The notes below the pieces were generated by a model. It searched no databases and was not told the DNA's origin. It saw nothing but the letters and a program-made list of their open reading frames with translations. A stretch of 61,748 bases of DNA, filler included, from Globobulimina sp. (taxonomy: Eukaryota): assembly GCA_003354225.1 (NCBI GenBank). It is 16 parts of 16 records of this genome, joined end to end, with 100 filler letters (N's around TTAATTAATTAA, not from the genome) between each part and the next. Parts side by side here need not be neighbours in the genome. Positions count along the whole stretch, not along the records: positions 46,399 to 50,161 come from PIVH01002139.1; positions 50,262 to 54,024 come from PIVH01002140.1; positions 54,125 to 57,886 come from PIVH01002141.1; positions 57,987 to 61,748 come from PIVH01002142.1; 12 more parts are not named here. One strand, given 5' to 3'. Shown one piece after another: positions 46,399-58,797 of this stretch (the first letter of the stretch is position 1; each line of letters opens with the position of its first letter). The translations under genes and the position numbers were made by a program.

Positions 46399-48362
46399 TC
46401 ATCATAACCAAATCGGTTAAATTCATTGATTCCGCGCCTAAAATATTACAAACTGATGAATATATTTTAACATTTACGCATAACTTGGGTTTCCTGAATA
46501 TTTTATCCATTCTAAACCATATTTTCCTTTTTGAATTCGCGTCAATAACAATGGGAGGATCATACTCATTTTCTTTGCTTTCATGCTTAATTTCTTCTTT
46601 ATTTTCTTCACAACAAACACTAAAATCATCAGCAATATATTTATTCGCTTCGGGTGGGAATAACTTATCATTGTCATTTGCATCTAGACATTGTCGCCAT
46701 TCTTCTAATACCTTTTCCTCAATTTCTTCTTTTTGGTATTGTGTGCCGTACCATTTCTCTTTCTCATCCACCGAATCCTTAAAATCTTTTGCAATTAATT
46801 GGTAATAACAATTATCCACAGTCAAAAAGGATAAATATTTGCAAATTAATTTATAATCGTACTCAAATAATAAACCACTGTAACATTTCAAGAATTTATC
46901 CCTTGGATAATTGCGATGCAACGACCGTGCCAATCCCCTCGCATAGCCATAGCTTTTCTCCTTTCCTTTAAAATTAAAATTCATCAATTTCACTTTTGCT
47001 CGTTCGTCAAAATACATTCTCCATCTTCCGTCTTCCACTGACATCAAAACAAAGTTATTTTAATTCAATGAAAACAGCAGAAAACAACGTATACAAAACT
47101 TACCTAATGTCATTTTATAAATATACTGATAAATAATCCCAACAATTTGCTGCCAATTCACCAAGCTGCGCGGAGTCAATTTAACAGTACATCTAAAGCC
47201 GCAAAACTCGGGCAAACTCCTACAACATCCCGCCGATAATCCAGTGGCATATCCCAACTCTTTCAAGTACGACAACACAGATCCTTTGCTTTCATCGCCC
47301 ATACAATGCGATAATAATCTCGTGGGGCGAACTAAAGTATATTCATAACAACTGTCCATAATCCAAGTCAACTTCAAGTCCCTTCTTTCTTTAACCGGCA
47401 AAATCTTATACAACATTGGAAACGTATTCTTATCATACACATCATCGCCATATTGCGGTTCAGAAACGTTTTTATTCACAACTGCAGCAAACATTTTATC
47501 CACCATATCAGCCAACGTATCAATATCTTCTTTGCCCACAATCGCGAGTTTCATTATCGACGACGAATAATATGTTGCATGGAACGCTAATAATTCTTGT
47601 CGGACATCAATGGAACTGGGTACATCTTCGCGTAGTGTCTTAATATTACCTTTTTAATATGTATTATTTGATTTATTTCTAATTAATTCTGCAACATTGA
47701 ACAGAAATGTTACCTGTGCCAAATTTATGAAAGGGATGGGAAGAGTTAGCGAGCGATCTGTCAAATTGATAGAGTCTCCGACTATCGTTTTGTTGATTGT
47801 TGCTGCATTCTGAGTTTACTGCATTTAATTCACGATCGGCGGCAGACTCTGTAAATAGTGGGGCGATGAAAAACTGTGCTAAACGATCCACAGCGTCTGC
47901 TAAATAATCGCTGTTAATATCAAATTGGAAACAGGTTTGGTGCGTTGCTGTGGTGGCATTAGAACGGCCGCCATGGTCTTTGATAAATTGTTTATAGCCG
48001 CCTTCTTTGGGATATTTTTTTGAACTTAAAAATAACATCTATGCAGTGGTAGATTTGTGTTGTATTGGGGGTGATGATGGTGTGGGGATAATGACGTAAC
48101 ATGTTCCAAAAAATGGGCGAGTCCAGGGAGAATATCTGGATCTGCTAAATTGCCAACTTGCACGCATAAAGCACAGGCGCCTCTGTATGGATTTTGATAT
48201 GATTAAAGTGCTGTGCATGAGGGATTGATTTAATTTTAACTTTTCTGCCTCTGGGTCAGATACAATGATACATTCGAGTTTGTTGGGTAATGTGATGATT
48301 TTATAAGTTCGTGGATCCGACGGAGATTGTTCAGGAACAGTCTCCTTCGTTTCGGCTGACAT
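46399..48362 (-). CDS. IDE: Insulysin/pitrilysin (M16A metallopeptidase), multi-exon, 3' end cut
   Basis: DPRTYKIITLPNKLE, PGLAHFLEH|MLFL.SKKYP (HxxEH), RELNAVNSE, HPFHKFGTGN, YGTQY, DKIFRKPK. Confidence 0.92.
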
Positions 48363-48419
48363 GATGCTTAGAAGATAGAGCGTACAAAGCAAGTTTTTGC
48401 AACAACTTTTGAAGCGATA

Positions 48420-50041
48420 ATGGGCAATGATCATAACAACAATAACAACAATAACAACCATGGATCGACACAATGTGCACATCCTACAAATAAAGAAAAA
48501 ATCGGAAAAAAGGCACCCAAATTACCAACATGTCCAATATGCTTTATGAAAGTCAAAAATAGCAAAAGATTAAAAAATTGCAATCATTTGATATGCCATG
48601 ATTGCTTAAATGGATATATCTCAACTGATTTAAAGAATATATCCTCGTATCCATTGCATTGTTTTCAATCAGATTGTGATAAATTATTACATTTTAGTGA
48701 TGTGGAATATGCATTGAATTACAATAAAGATTTATTATTTATCTTTGATAAGTTTTCTATTTTATGTGCCATATCGCCAAAAGAAAGAGAACAATGTCCA
48801 AAGTGTGAGATGGTATTTTTTTATCAAAGTAAATGGTCGCGAGAGAAAGTTAAACCATTCAAATGGATCCAAGACAAACAACGCAAACAATGTACAAACA
48901 AATTATGCGAGAAGTCATTTTTGGGATTTATAATCAGAAAACATCATTGTATGTAAAATAAATAATATATTTATTGATTTGTTGTCAAATAAATGTATAT
49001 ACAAAATATTAAAGGTAGAATATGTGGAGAGATATTTTGCGATGATTGCAGTTCCCATGAATTGCCATTATCCGCTGCCAGCAATGATATGTTGAAAACG
49101 TGGATAAAAGACACACATAACAGACACACAAGTGGCAGTGTCGAAAAAGCTAAAAAATGGATGATAAATCTAGCAGCAACACCCGCGAGCAGTGTGTTAT
49201 GGAGCTCATCGGACGAGGACAAGGAACAGGAACACCATCACAAACCATATGTTGATGACGATTCCAAAGCTGATAAGAATGAAAATGCAGCACCGGTTAA
49301 GCAACAACAACTGCAGCAAACAGAAGAATTTATTCCGAGGTCTGGTAGGTGTACGTATACAATGTCAGATATGTTTTGCTATGTTTTTGTATATAAAGTG
49401 AATCCGAGGAGAATTTGATTGAAGATGCGCGAGTCAGATGTTGTTATGGCTGTTGGTTGGATTATCATCGAGGAATTTGCACGGAATGCGAATTTATTTA
49501 TTGTATACAGTGTAGACAAGAATGGCATAATGATTATGATTGTGAAGAAATAAAGAAAATGAAAAACGAAATATCTTTACGGAGGAAATTAAATGATGCT
49601 CAAGCGGAGGAATTAATGTTAAGGTAAGTTAGCATATATATTGTAATTAATATTGTGTGTTGGCATAAATTAACAAAAACAAGGGAAGGATGGAGGCGTT
49701 GTCCAGGATGTAAAGTATGGGTCGCAAAGTCTGAAGGTTGCAATCATATGACACATAGTAATTGTCCGAAACCAAATGAATTACGAACAAAAAAATGCCA
49801 TTTTTGTTATTGTTGTGGTGAATTATTATTTGATCCACATCATAAACATGACGCCAACGGGAGGTTGCATTTTGTAGATGGTGTCTTTAATGCATGTACC
49901 AATAACTCAAAAGCAGAGCAAGTGCGTGCAAAATTACATGATAATGCTAAGGGCAATATCGAACAAATTGAAAACGAAATTCACGAATTTGATGAAAATG
50001 GTTTGCTTATCAAACACGATAAAGGATGTATTGTAATGTGA
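48420..50041 (+). CDS. RBR (RING1-IBR-RING2) E3 ubiquitin ligase with an inserted FYVE domain and C-terminal CaaX; 3 introns
   Basis: RING1 CPIC..CNHLICHDC..C..DC; FYVE WIQD..C..C..F....RKHHC|RICGEIFCDDCS..RVRCC.GC; RING2 RCPGC...KSEGCNHM..FCYCCG; ends in CIVM*. Confidence 0.85.
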
Positions 50042-50449
50042 GATTATCATCATAAACAGCCTACTTTTTAGCTTAATTCACACTTCGCACCATCCTTTCG
50101 TCGACTTTGTGCGTCAGCGAGCAACATGTCACAACCGCCCAGCAACCCATACATAGACGAANNNNNNNNNNNNNNNNNNNNNNNNNNNNNNNNNNNNNNN
50201 NNNNNTTAATTAATTAANNNNNNNNNNNNNNNNNNNNNNNNNNNNNNNNNNNNNNNNNNNNAATAACTGATGGTATGTTGTGGGTTGATATTTGATGTTG
50301 TTTTCCTACAACGGACTTGCTACCACCTAGAAAACGGGCGGTAAGTTTACGCGCTAAAGTTAGTTGTCATACTGGTGAATTAGGTACAGTACCTAGTTGA
50401 ATTATTTAACATTTGGAAAAATCTTTCTTGTCACATCTATTCAAATCCC

Positions 50450-53400
50450 TTGAATGAAATGACAACAAATTCGAAGGTTTGATCAGAAATCATTTATGAC
50501 AGATAGAACATAATTAAAACACATAAAAAACCATTGACGGTTAAATACTTACCCAAAATAATTGTCATTAATTAAATCCATTGCAAACATCACCAATTTG
50601 TTTCCACAATTTCTCGTCGAATGGATGGAGGCTTGAGGCATGCTGAGAATGTTTGATATTGTCTGTCTAAACAACATATGTACAAATTAAAGAACTTAAC
50701 AGCAAAAGTTGCTAAAGCTGCAGTTGCATCATTCACCGCAATAAAATATTGAGCCTCAATTGTCCATAATTTATATTTTAATGCATTAAGAAAATGTGAA
50801 TCTCCGTTTCCAAATGAAACCAAAATGTTTAACTTATCATCACCACATATCTGACCATTTTCGATTCTTTTCCAACTCATTTCAATCAATGACAAGGCAT
50901 TTTGTGAATGCTCATTGTTCTCCGTTTTGTCCTGTTTGTAAAGCATCAAATATATCTGAATGAGCTGCAGCATTCCCATCAGGTTTGGCAATAATTGCTG
51001 CTCACCACATTCGTCCATATGTCGCTGCAAAGCCTCCATGGACTCATTCAATTTGTTTGACAGATAATAGGTGGAACCAATATGTAGCCACAATCTGGTC
51101 TCATGGTCATTTATCAATATTGCTTCGCCTAATTTGGACAATGCAATTTCATATTTCTTCTCATAAACTAATATGCGATGTTGCAACAACACAAAATCAA
51201 TTTTATTCTCCGCATTGCTTTGAAAGAATGGTCTTGAAACAGTTAATATGGTTTCAACCATTCTTTTACAGTCAAATTTCAACGCAATATTCACTGCAAA
51301 CATCCACAAATCATACAAAGTATATTCATTTTGCTTTTCTTCTTTGCTCTCACTCTCTTTGTTTTGTTGAATAATATCAAATTGAGCTTTCAAAATACTT
51401 TCAGAATCTTGCATTTCTTCCATAAGATATTCCAACATTCCTTTTAAAATCTCAACAGACGGATCGTTTGGGAACAATGCCAATAATCTGTCCATACAAG
51501 TTTCCGCTTCTTCCAATCTGTCCTCTTCGCATAACATCATTACTTTGCTGGACAATGCTTCTTTGCTTTCTCGCATGGAAACACTTTGATTTATGCAATG
51601 ATACGCCATCGCAGCATCAGGTTGGGTTTGGCTGAAAGTAACAGCCAAATCCAGAGACAATTTGCAATATAATGCCTTATCTTGGCATACTGCCATTGTT
51701 TGTGCTATCCATTTGTGTGCTGTTTGGTAATCTTGGTTTAAAAATGCAATCTCGATCAATGTTTGCATGCTATCGATATTTCGCAATGGCTCAGCATATA
51801 TATTGTCAATATTTGTGCATTGTAAATATGCTTTCATCGCATTATCGATATCATTATCTTTCACTTCATTATTTTTGATTGGTTTACGAGTAATTTTCAT
51901 TTTATCCATAATTGTGTCGAATACAGGTTTGCATGCAACGTCTATGATGGCTCGCAATTTCATGGCTTTCTGTTCGGTGATCAGCTCAGACTCTGCATAC
52001 ATTTGCTCCTTTGCCACAGATGCAATTATTTGCGATAGAATAGCTGCTAATCGTTGGCCATGCGTCGAACGCAACAAATATTTCAGAAATGTCTCCTTTC
52101 TCTCTGCTTTTGTCAGATTATTATATGTTGTGCATACCTTCAAATATCTATTTTTTAGCTCTTGCTGTATCATTGCAATAATGGCTTGCAATTTTGTCTT
52201 CGATCCAATTTGTGTTTTATTCTGGTTTTGTTGGTAATTCCTTCTTATTTCAGATCGTTTATGCAAATCTGCAGCAGATGGCAGTGCCTAATATGAAAAT
52301 GCATATTTGCATACAATCTGGCTCGGAAATTCAAAAACATACAAAACTTTAACATATGGCACAATCAAAGGATGTTTAAAACTAAACCGTATTCCAACAT
52401 TGCTTGCTACTGCGATATTACTCCAATTTATGGCATATTCTGTTTGTGGCAATGTGCACGTTCCAGGACGTGTAAAAGGCCTTAAATTCAGTGGCAAACA
52501 AACTGTATCTTTGATGGTTTTCGTGTTTTCTTTTTTCTGGTCTTGTTCAGAAATCATATGCTCAAACTTTTGTATGTTTTGTATCATTTTAATATGCAAC
52601 ATATGCAACACACAAAATACTCAACTTTCATATCAAAGGGTTCTTTATTTTGCGCTTTGCAGAGATAATAATTCACCGCATATTCATCGATGAAAAACAT
52701 CCATTCTTCATTTAAAGAAATGTGGTCCGTTTGAATCGGCAAATTTATTTCAATTTTTTCGGAATAATTATCTGAGCAAACTACTTCAAATGAGATGGAT
52801 ATTAGATTTTGTGTCTTATCGTCATCGATTGTAGAAAGCCACTGATTTGGTATTGATTTGATATCATTGCAATTGATAATTAAATACGAATATTTTTCAG
52901 GAATTAAATCCATAAAATTCTTGCATTTCTGCCATGAAACACTTTCCTTTTCATCATCATTCGGATTTTCTTTTTGTGTTAATTTGGAATAAAATATAAT
53001 TTCTAACTCTATTTCTCCTTTTTTCAATGTATTATGTTGTGAATCCAAAATGGGTAATTTGAATATGAAATGTTCAGATTTAGATTTCTGAGAATTTAAT
53101 GCTGATAATATCCATTCTCGCCATTCCATACTAATTACACCGAATATTGCATCTTGATCAACTGTGCCTTTTTTTTCTTTTTTTTTCTTGTTGGCAATTC
53201 TTTAAAAATATCTTGCATTCAGCACAATTTGTCAGTAATAAGTCCGTAATTAATTGTTGAATGTGGCTGTATGTAAATTTTGAAGAAAAGTTATATTGCG
53301 GATTTGCAGAGTTTTCATATGCTTCACTTTTGAGAAAGTCCGCATTTATTTCCTGTTGAGGCTGTTGATTGATGCGAGTGGCTCGGCTTAATACAGGCAA

Positions 53401-53660
53401 ACATATAAAGGTTGATGGTGAAAACTTATTTTCTTCACTCTCTTGTTCACAACTTGAGTTACTTGACGATATCGGTATTGGTGTTTGTAAAGCAGTGCTC
53501 TCTGGTAAAAGATTGGCCTTTTTCCATAATATTTCTGTGGTTTAACAGTAACTCAAAATGTAACACAGATTTGCATTATTATCAATCACACCTATTTGAA
53601 GCATGTCTAGTTACTTCCACCTGGATAGTAAGATTTTCACGAAGTAAGCCAGTAAACATA
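50450..53660 (-). CDS. Large multi-exon TPR protein (possibly CFAP70-like; weak)
   Basis: Co-oriented ORFs 53158, 52584, 52288 and 50590 with TPR-like helices (EEAETCMDRLLALFPND, RLWLHIGSTYY). Boundaries are approximate. Confidence 0.55.
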
Positions 53661-54124
53661 TGCAGTTTCGTTTTCTCGACAGTCAAATTTGAGTATTATT
53701 ACTGTGTATATTGTCAGTACTCATTACATTCTGTTTTGGTGTGATTGGTGAAGACGGTGATTCTGTTGTTGCTACAGATGGATATATGTTGGGATCTGAT
53801 GGAAAGCATACACAAATTACACATATACAATGTATCAGAGTGTTGATGAGTATCGGTGCATTATTGCTAATGTGTTATATGTGGATTGTAACGTGTTGTA
53901 TGTGTCGATATGCGTATTGTGATAAACCTGGCGAATGTCCAAAAACGAGAAAATATTAATTGATCACCAAAAAAAATAATTGTAAAATAGTTTCTGTAAA
54001 TATTTGTTAGATTTGTTCTTTTGTNNNNNNNNNNNNNNNNNNNNNNNNNNNNNNNNNNNNNNNNNNNNTTAATTAATTAANNNNNNNNNNNNNNNNNNNN
54101 NNNNNNNNNNNNNNNNNNNNNNNN

Positions 54125-54340
54125 AAAAGGGTATGACCCGAATACGCGACATGTGCTATATGGCCTGGACGCGGATCTATTTATGTTAGGTTTGGCAACG
54201 CACGAAATTTATTTCACGATCTTGCGCGAAGAGGTTTTATTCGACAAAAACGCGCCGTGCCACAACTGCGGCATTGCTGGGCATTGGCCGATAAATGTAC
54301 GAATCCGCCCAAATCCGCCGCAAAAGCTCGCGATTTAGCT
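54125..54340 (+). pseudogene. XRN2: 5'-3' exoribonuclease XRN2/Rat1 internal fragment with frameshift
   Basis: [34 protein letters not shown], then a CCHC knuckle broken by a 1-nt deletion; homology then stops. Confidence 0.75.
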
Positions 54341-54690
54341 GTGTATTAGAAAGATATTTATGGGAATAATGGCTGATTAAAAGAAGCCAGTTATCGTTAA
54401 GAATGGTATAATATGTATTGGTGTTTTATGATTTTATCAAAGAGATATTATCAAAGCTGTTGTTATTAAAGGAATATAATGCGACAGTTTACAAGTAATA
54501 ATGTCGAATGTCGATCGATGCGATGTATTTGTTTGCGACGCACTCATCGCGATCATAGCGGAATTATTTTTTGTAACTGATTCCAATGTAAATGAAGTTA
54601 TATAACGCAACAGATATTGCATAAAATTCATTGTTCGATATATTTATGTTTAGTTTGAACAAATTATAAGTTTGTTTGTTTTTTGTTTTT

Positions 54691-54908
54691 TTTGAAATTA
54701 GAAAATGTTTTTCAAACATTGGTAAAATAGAAAAAGGTTAGAAAAATATTAGAATTTGAAAAAACTTTGAAAATGTATGAAAATGCTTTGTAAATGTTTG
54801 AAAACGGTTATAATTTGAAAACAGGAAACCTACTTTGAAAACATAGAAAAAGTTTGAAAAATATTAGAAAAACGTTTGAAAATATTTTTCAAATCAGAAT
54901 TTGAAAAC
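54691..54908. repeat. Degenerate TTTGAAAA/TAGAAAA minisatellite-like tract
   Basis: More than 10 imperfect copies of (T)TTGAAAA at roughly 10-13 bp spacing. Confidence 0.7.
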
Positions 54909-56479
54909 ACTGCAGCTTTGACCTCTTCTCTCCGCATATTTTTCAACAAAACATCTTTATATTTAAGAAATTGCTCATTTTCAATTTGTATGATCCAGTC
55001 AACAACATCCGAATATCCCCATGCTACATATCCCAATCTCTTCTTATATTTATTCCATTTTCTTTTCAATGCATCATAATCATTTAATTTTTGTTTAAAA
55101 ACACTTTGTTCGGCTTTTAATTGCTTTATAACTCGTTGTTGTCTCTTATTCTGTTCCTTCAATGCATAAATTTCTTGCTTTTCAGAATGCTTTGTTTCCT
55201 CTACATTTTTATTTTTTTTGTTTTTCTGCATCCAAAAATAAGGCACAATGTGCTTAATATCCATTGAATAATGCGATTGTTCGTTGATTAAATGCATTTT
55301 GCTCTGAATTATCAAAGGTTGCCCAAAAATACATTGTTTGGTTTTACTTTTCTTAAATTGTCGCTGTGCAATGTTATAAACCCAAATATCGTATGTTCCC
55401 GAACTACAAAGTAATATAATTCCTTCTTCTTTCACCAAAATATTCTGATAATTCGAATTCCTAAAATTCCTATTCTTGCTGAACGGTGCTGGAGTTTTTA
55501 CAGTTAATTTTGAAAAATTATTCGTCGTTAAATCTAACTCAAAAATGTCTGGATCATCAAATAATAGCAACATTTTCTTGTCAGCAACATAAATCATAGA
55601 ATAATCAGATTTCAACGTATTGCAAAATCCTTCAACTTTTTGAAGTATATTTTGGTGCTGATCAAATATAAAATGCTCAGATGTTGGTCCATTGGTAAAT
55701 AAATGCAATACATCCTGAACAAGGAGTATCTTACAAATATTATGGCCGCTATCAAATGAGGATAATAACTGCATGCTGCGGTTTGTTACATTAAGTTTGA
55801 AAATGCCATATTTTGTAATCGCTGCCATTTTATCAAGTAAATACGCGTTAGTTAACGTCCGAGTTTGTGAATTAATATCGCTCCGAGTGACCCCACAAGA
55901 TACTTTTGCATAATACAATGCAGCTTGTTCTGCCTTGTTTTGTAAATCCTGTGAATAATCTTTGAACGAATTCTTTGACTCAATGTATGTTCCATAGATA
56001 AATACTTCCGATGTTTCTGGATTAGAACAGATATTCAATGGATTCAGCAACATATATTTACTGGAATCTATTTGGAATTCAGTCCATTTTGAATCACCAC
56101 CATTAAAAATCGATGAAGTTGGATTATGCGTAGTCGATAACTCTGCTTTATTGATATTGGGAAGTGAGCAAGAATTACTTCGATCATATTTAGTTAGGTC
56201 ATACTCACAAACTGGAGATATATGGTTCTGAGGGATATACATAAAGCGTTCTTGGTTGAGTTGGAACATCGAACCTAATTTCATAGATTGAGGACATTTT
56301 TGTAACATATCCCAAGCTGCATTTGTTTGATGCACACTATGTCCTCTTCCCCTTCCTCGCCCTCTCCCTCTTTCTCTATTGTTGCCATACCAGTTGCCTC
56401 TGCCTCTGGACCCTCTTCCTCTAACATTCCGTTTATTTCTTCCATATCCTCTACCTCTAAAATCACGAGCATAGGACAT
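54830..56479 (-). CDS. RGG-rich N-terminus, beta-propeller-like core, coiled coil and truncated SAM-like tail
   Basis: RGRGYGR...RGRGRGRGRG; beta-strand repeats; WGYSDVVDWIIQIE.....Y...L. Confidence 0.65.
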   Translation of the reverse strand: MSYARDFRGRGYGRNKRNVRGRGSRGRGNWYGNNRERGRGRGRGRGHSVHQTNAAWDMLQKCPQSMKLGSMFQLNQERFMYIPQNHISPVCEYDLTKYDRSNSCSLPNINKAELSTTHNPTSSIFNGGDSKWTEFQIDSSKYMLLNPLNICSNPETSEVFIYGTYIESKNSFKDYSQDLQNKAEQAALYYAKVSCGVTRSDINSQTRTLTNAYLLDKMAAITKYGIFKLNVTNRSMQLLSSFDSGHNICKILLVQDVLHLFTNGPTSEHFIFDQHQNILQKVEGFCNTLKSDYSMIYVADKKMLLLFDDPDIFELDLTTNNFSKLTVKTPAPFSKNRNFRNSNYQNILVKEEGIILLCSSGTYDIWVYNIAQRQFKKSKTKQCIFGQPLIIQSKMHLINEQSHYSMDIKHIVPYFWMQKNKKNKNVEETKHSEKQEIYALKEQNKRQQRVIKQLKAEQSVFKQKLNDYDALKRKWNKYKKRLGYVAWGYSDVVDWIIQIENEQFLKYKDVLLKNMRREEVKAAVFSNSDLKNIFKRFSNIFQTFSMFSK

Positions 56480-56582
56480 CAAAATTGAATTAACTTGGCT
56501 GAGCTACCAAGAACGGACTACGACATCCTTTTTTTTTGATGAGTTTTTTTGAACTGAACTTCTGCGTCTGTAAATTTTGATA

Positions 56583-57886
56583 ATGTCAAACAAAACTGCT
56601 CCAATCTTCGCTTCATCATTTCTAAGGGTATTATTTGATTGTATTTTATGCGATCCTTAAATAATAAACACAATTTGTCAGCAATCATCGTTATTACATG
56701 GCAGTCTCATAGATGACGATTCAAAGCTAAACAAACACGAACAATACCATTGGTATAACACAAACAACACAGAATGTGTAACATTTCCAGCCTCAAATGA
56801 CGATATTCTAAATCAAAACGACTGGCTCCATTTATTGTCCTTAATATCCACTCGTTTTATTCAGGTATCCTGGCGCATCTTACATGACTTACAAATAGCT
56901 CCTCCCTCCAATACCTATCACTTACAAAACCACGATGAATGGGTAATGGTTGAAATATCCTACAACGAATTAAAAAGCATTGCATGCATTCAAACCATAA
57001 ATAAAACAAATTCAAACAATTATGATGACAATAAAACGAATTCAAACGTATCCTCCCTATCCTCCATATCTCTATCGGTCCTCAATGAGGACTCAAATCC
57101 TTTAATTAAATTATCGCCATTAATCATTACCGACTTACATTTATCATACACATTCAATCCAAATCACCTCTCATTGATCTCGTTGAATAATATGAACAAA
57201 ATCGGGTTCAAAAGCATTGATTTCCATAACTTTCCCATTGCGAAAATGGTACGATTCCAAGTGATATCGTGTGTAGCATATGACATAAATGGCGATTATA
57301 ATAATATTGTATCCAAATATATGTTGGAAAATAAAGTGAATGATATTGAATTGATGAAGGATGATTATTATGTGCATCATAAATGTATTTGGAAAACACA
57401 AATCGTTGCAATTCCTGTTATAAATTCGGATTTATTGATACAAGAAAAACAGAGTAAATTGAGCGGTATTGCTGCGTTGAAACATTTTTATGAAAATAAG
57501 GAGAAATTAAATACAAATTCATCAGATTATAGTGTAAAATATTGGATTTATGTTAAGATTCTTGACATTATGACTGACAATGAAGAGAAGAAGCAGTGTG
57601 AGGATGAATATTATCGCATATTACCTGCAGTGACCACATTTGTACAAATTAAACAAAGTACACACAGCGTAGTACCACGTTTATGTGAATATTTTACCTC
57701 TGTATTATTGCACGCAAAGGAAAGGATAAATGGTGATAATTTATTTTATAATTATAAAATACCGAGTTTTTATCAAGATATATTGTTGAAAATATTATTT
57801 ACAAATATTTATTACTAATATAATGATAATAAACATACATTGAATGTGAACCCACCGTTTTTGATCACAGCTCAGCGCGGACATAA
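56583..57886 (+). CDS. Hypothetical protein, 3' end probably cut
   Basis: The MSNKTAPIFASSFLR exon splices (GTATTA..CAG) into a long open frame continuous with ORF 56835..57818. Confidence 0.55.
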
Positions 57887-57986
57887 NNNNNNNNNNNNNN
57901 NNNNNNNNNNNNNNNNNNNNNNNNNNNNNNTTAATTAATTAANNNNNNNNNNNNNNNNNNNNNNNNNNNNNNNNNNNNNNNNNNNN

Positions 57987-58753
57987 AAAAAGGACATTCG
58001 AATTATAAATTATTAGTCATATTTGACCATTTCAGCCATTATTATCAAGAAAATGAGCATAACATTGCAGATCGAGGCATTGTATGGAATCAATTGCAAT
58101 CATTATTCGTTTGGAAAAAAAATCGTAAATGGACGCTATTCATTGTTGAGTCGAATCCAAATATGCTAACTGTCGAAGATATGCATTATGCGCAAAGAAT
58201 ATTTTCTAAAAATAGTAAAGCAAAAAGTATTTGTATCTCATTTAACGGTGCGATGCTGTTCAAAAATGTAATGGATCGGTTGATTAATAACACGCAGGAT
58301 ATTCAATTACATTTTAATCACTCTCGAGATGAACAATGGGATAAACTCATGAATGATATGCAATATTTTACGATTTATGATGCGTTCAACATTTATCATA
58401 CACGAATTCGAATGGAAGCGCATGAAAAACAAAAAAAACAAGGAATACCAATTATTTTTCAATTCGAAGATATTTCCACCATCGTCCAGCAATATAATGC
58501 GCAGTTTCAAGATGAAGACGTCAATAAAATGAAGCAATTTGCACATTCAATTGGCGCGAAATGTTTCAATGAGCAACAAGAAGAAATCGACGCAGATAAC
58601 CATACTCAACAAATAACGGCTGCACATTCAAAGCCTCATTCAAAGAAATCAAAAGTTACAAAAAGAACAATAATATTAATTGCCACCATCATGGCCATTA
58701 TTGTTGTTCTAGTGTTACTGGTGTGGTCATGTTACATGGTTGTCATTATTTAA
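57987..58753 (+). CDS. Hypothetical protein with C-terminal TM anchor, 5' end cut
   Basis: Open frame ending in basic residues plus a hydrophobic tail. Confidence 0.5.
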
Positions 58754-58797
58754 GCTTCACTCATTTTTAACTAAAAAAAAAACCTCACTTGACATAC

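Noticed and set aside
8014-50041. Alternative genetic code (TAR=Gln or TGA=Trp) to explain the in-frame stops
   Set aside because: Long conserved ORFs lack internal stops, and all three stop codons end genes at sensible places (Rab TAA, the 37130 gene TAG, RBR TGA directly after CaaX).
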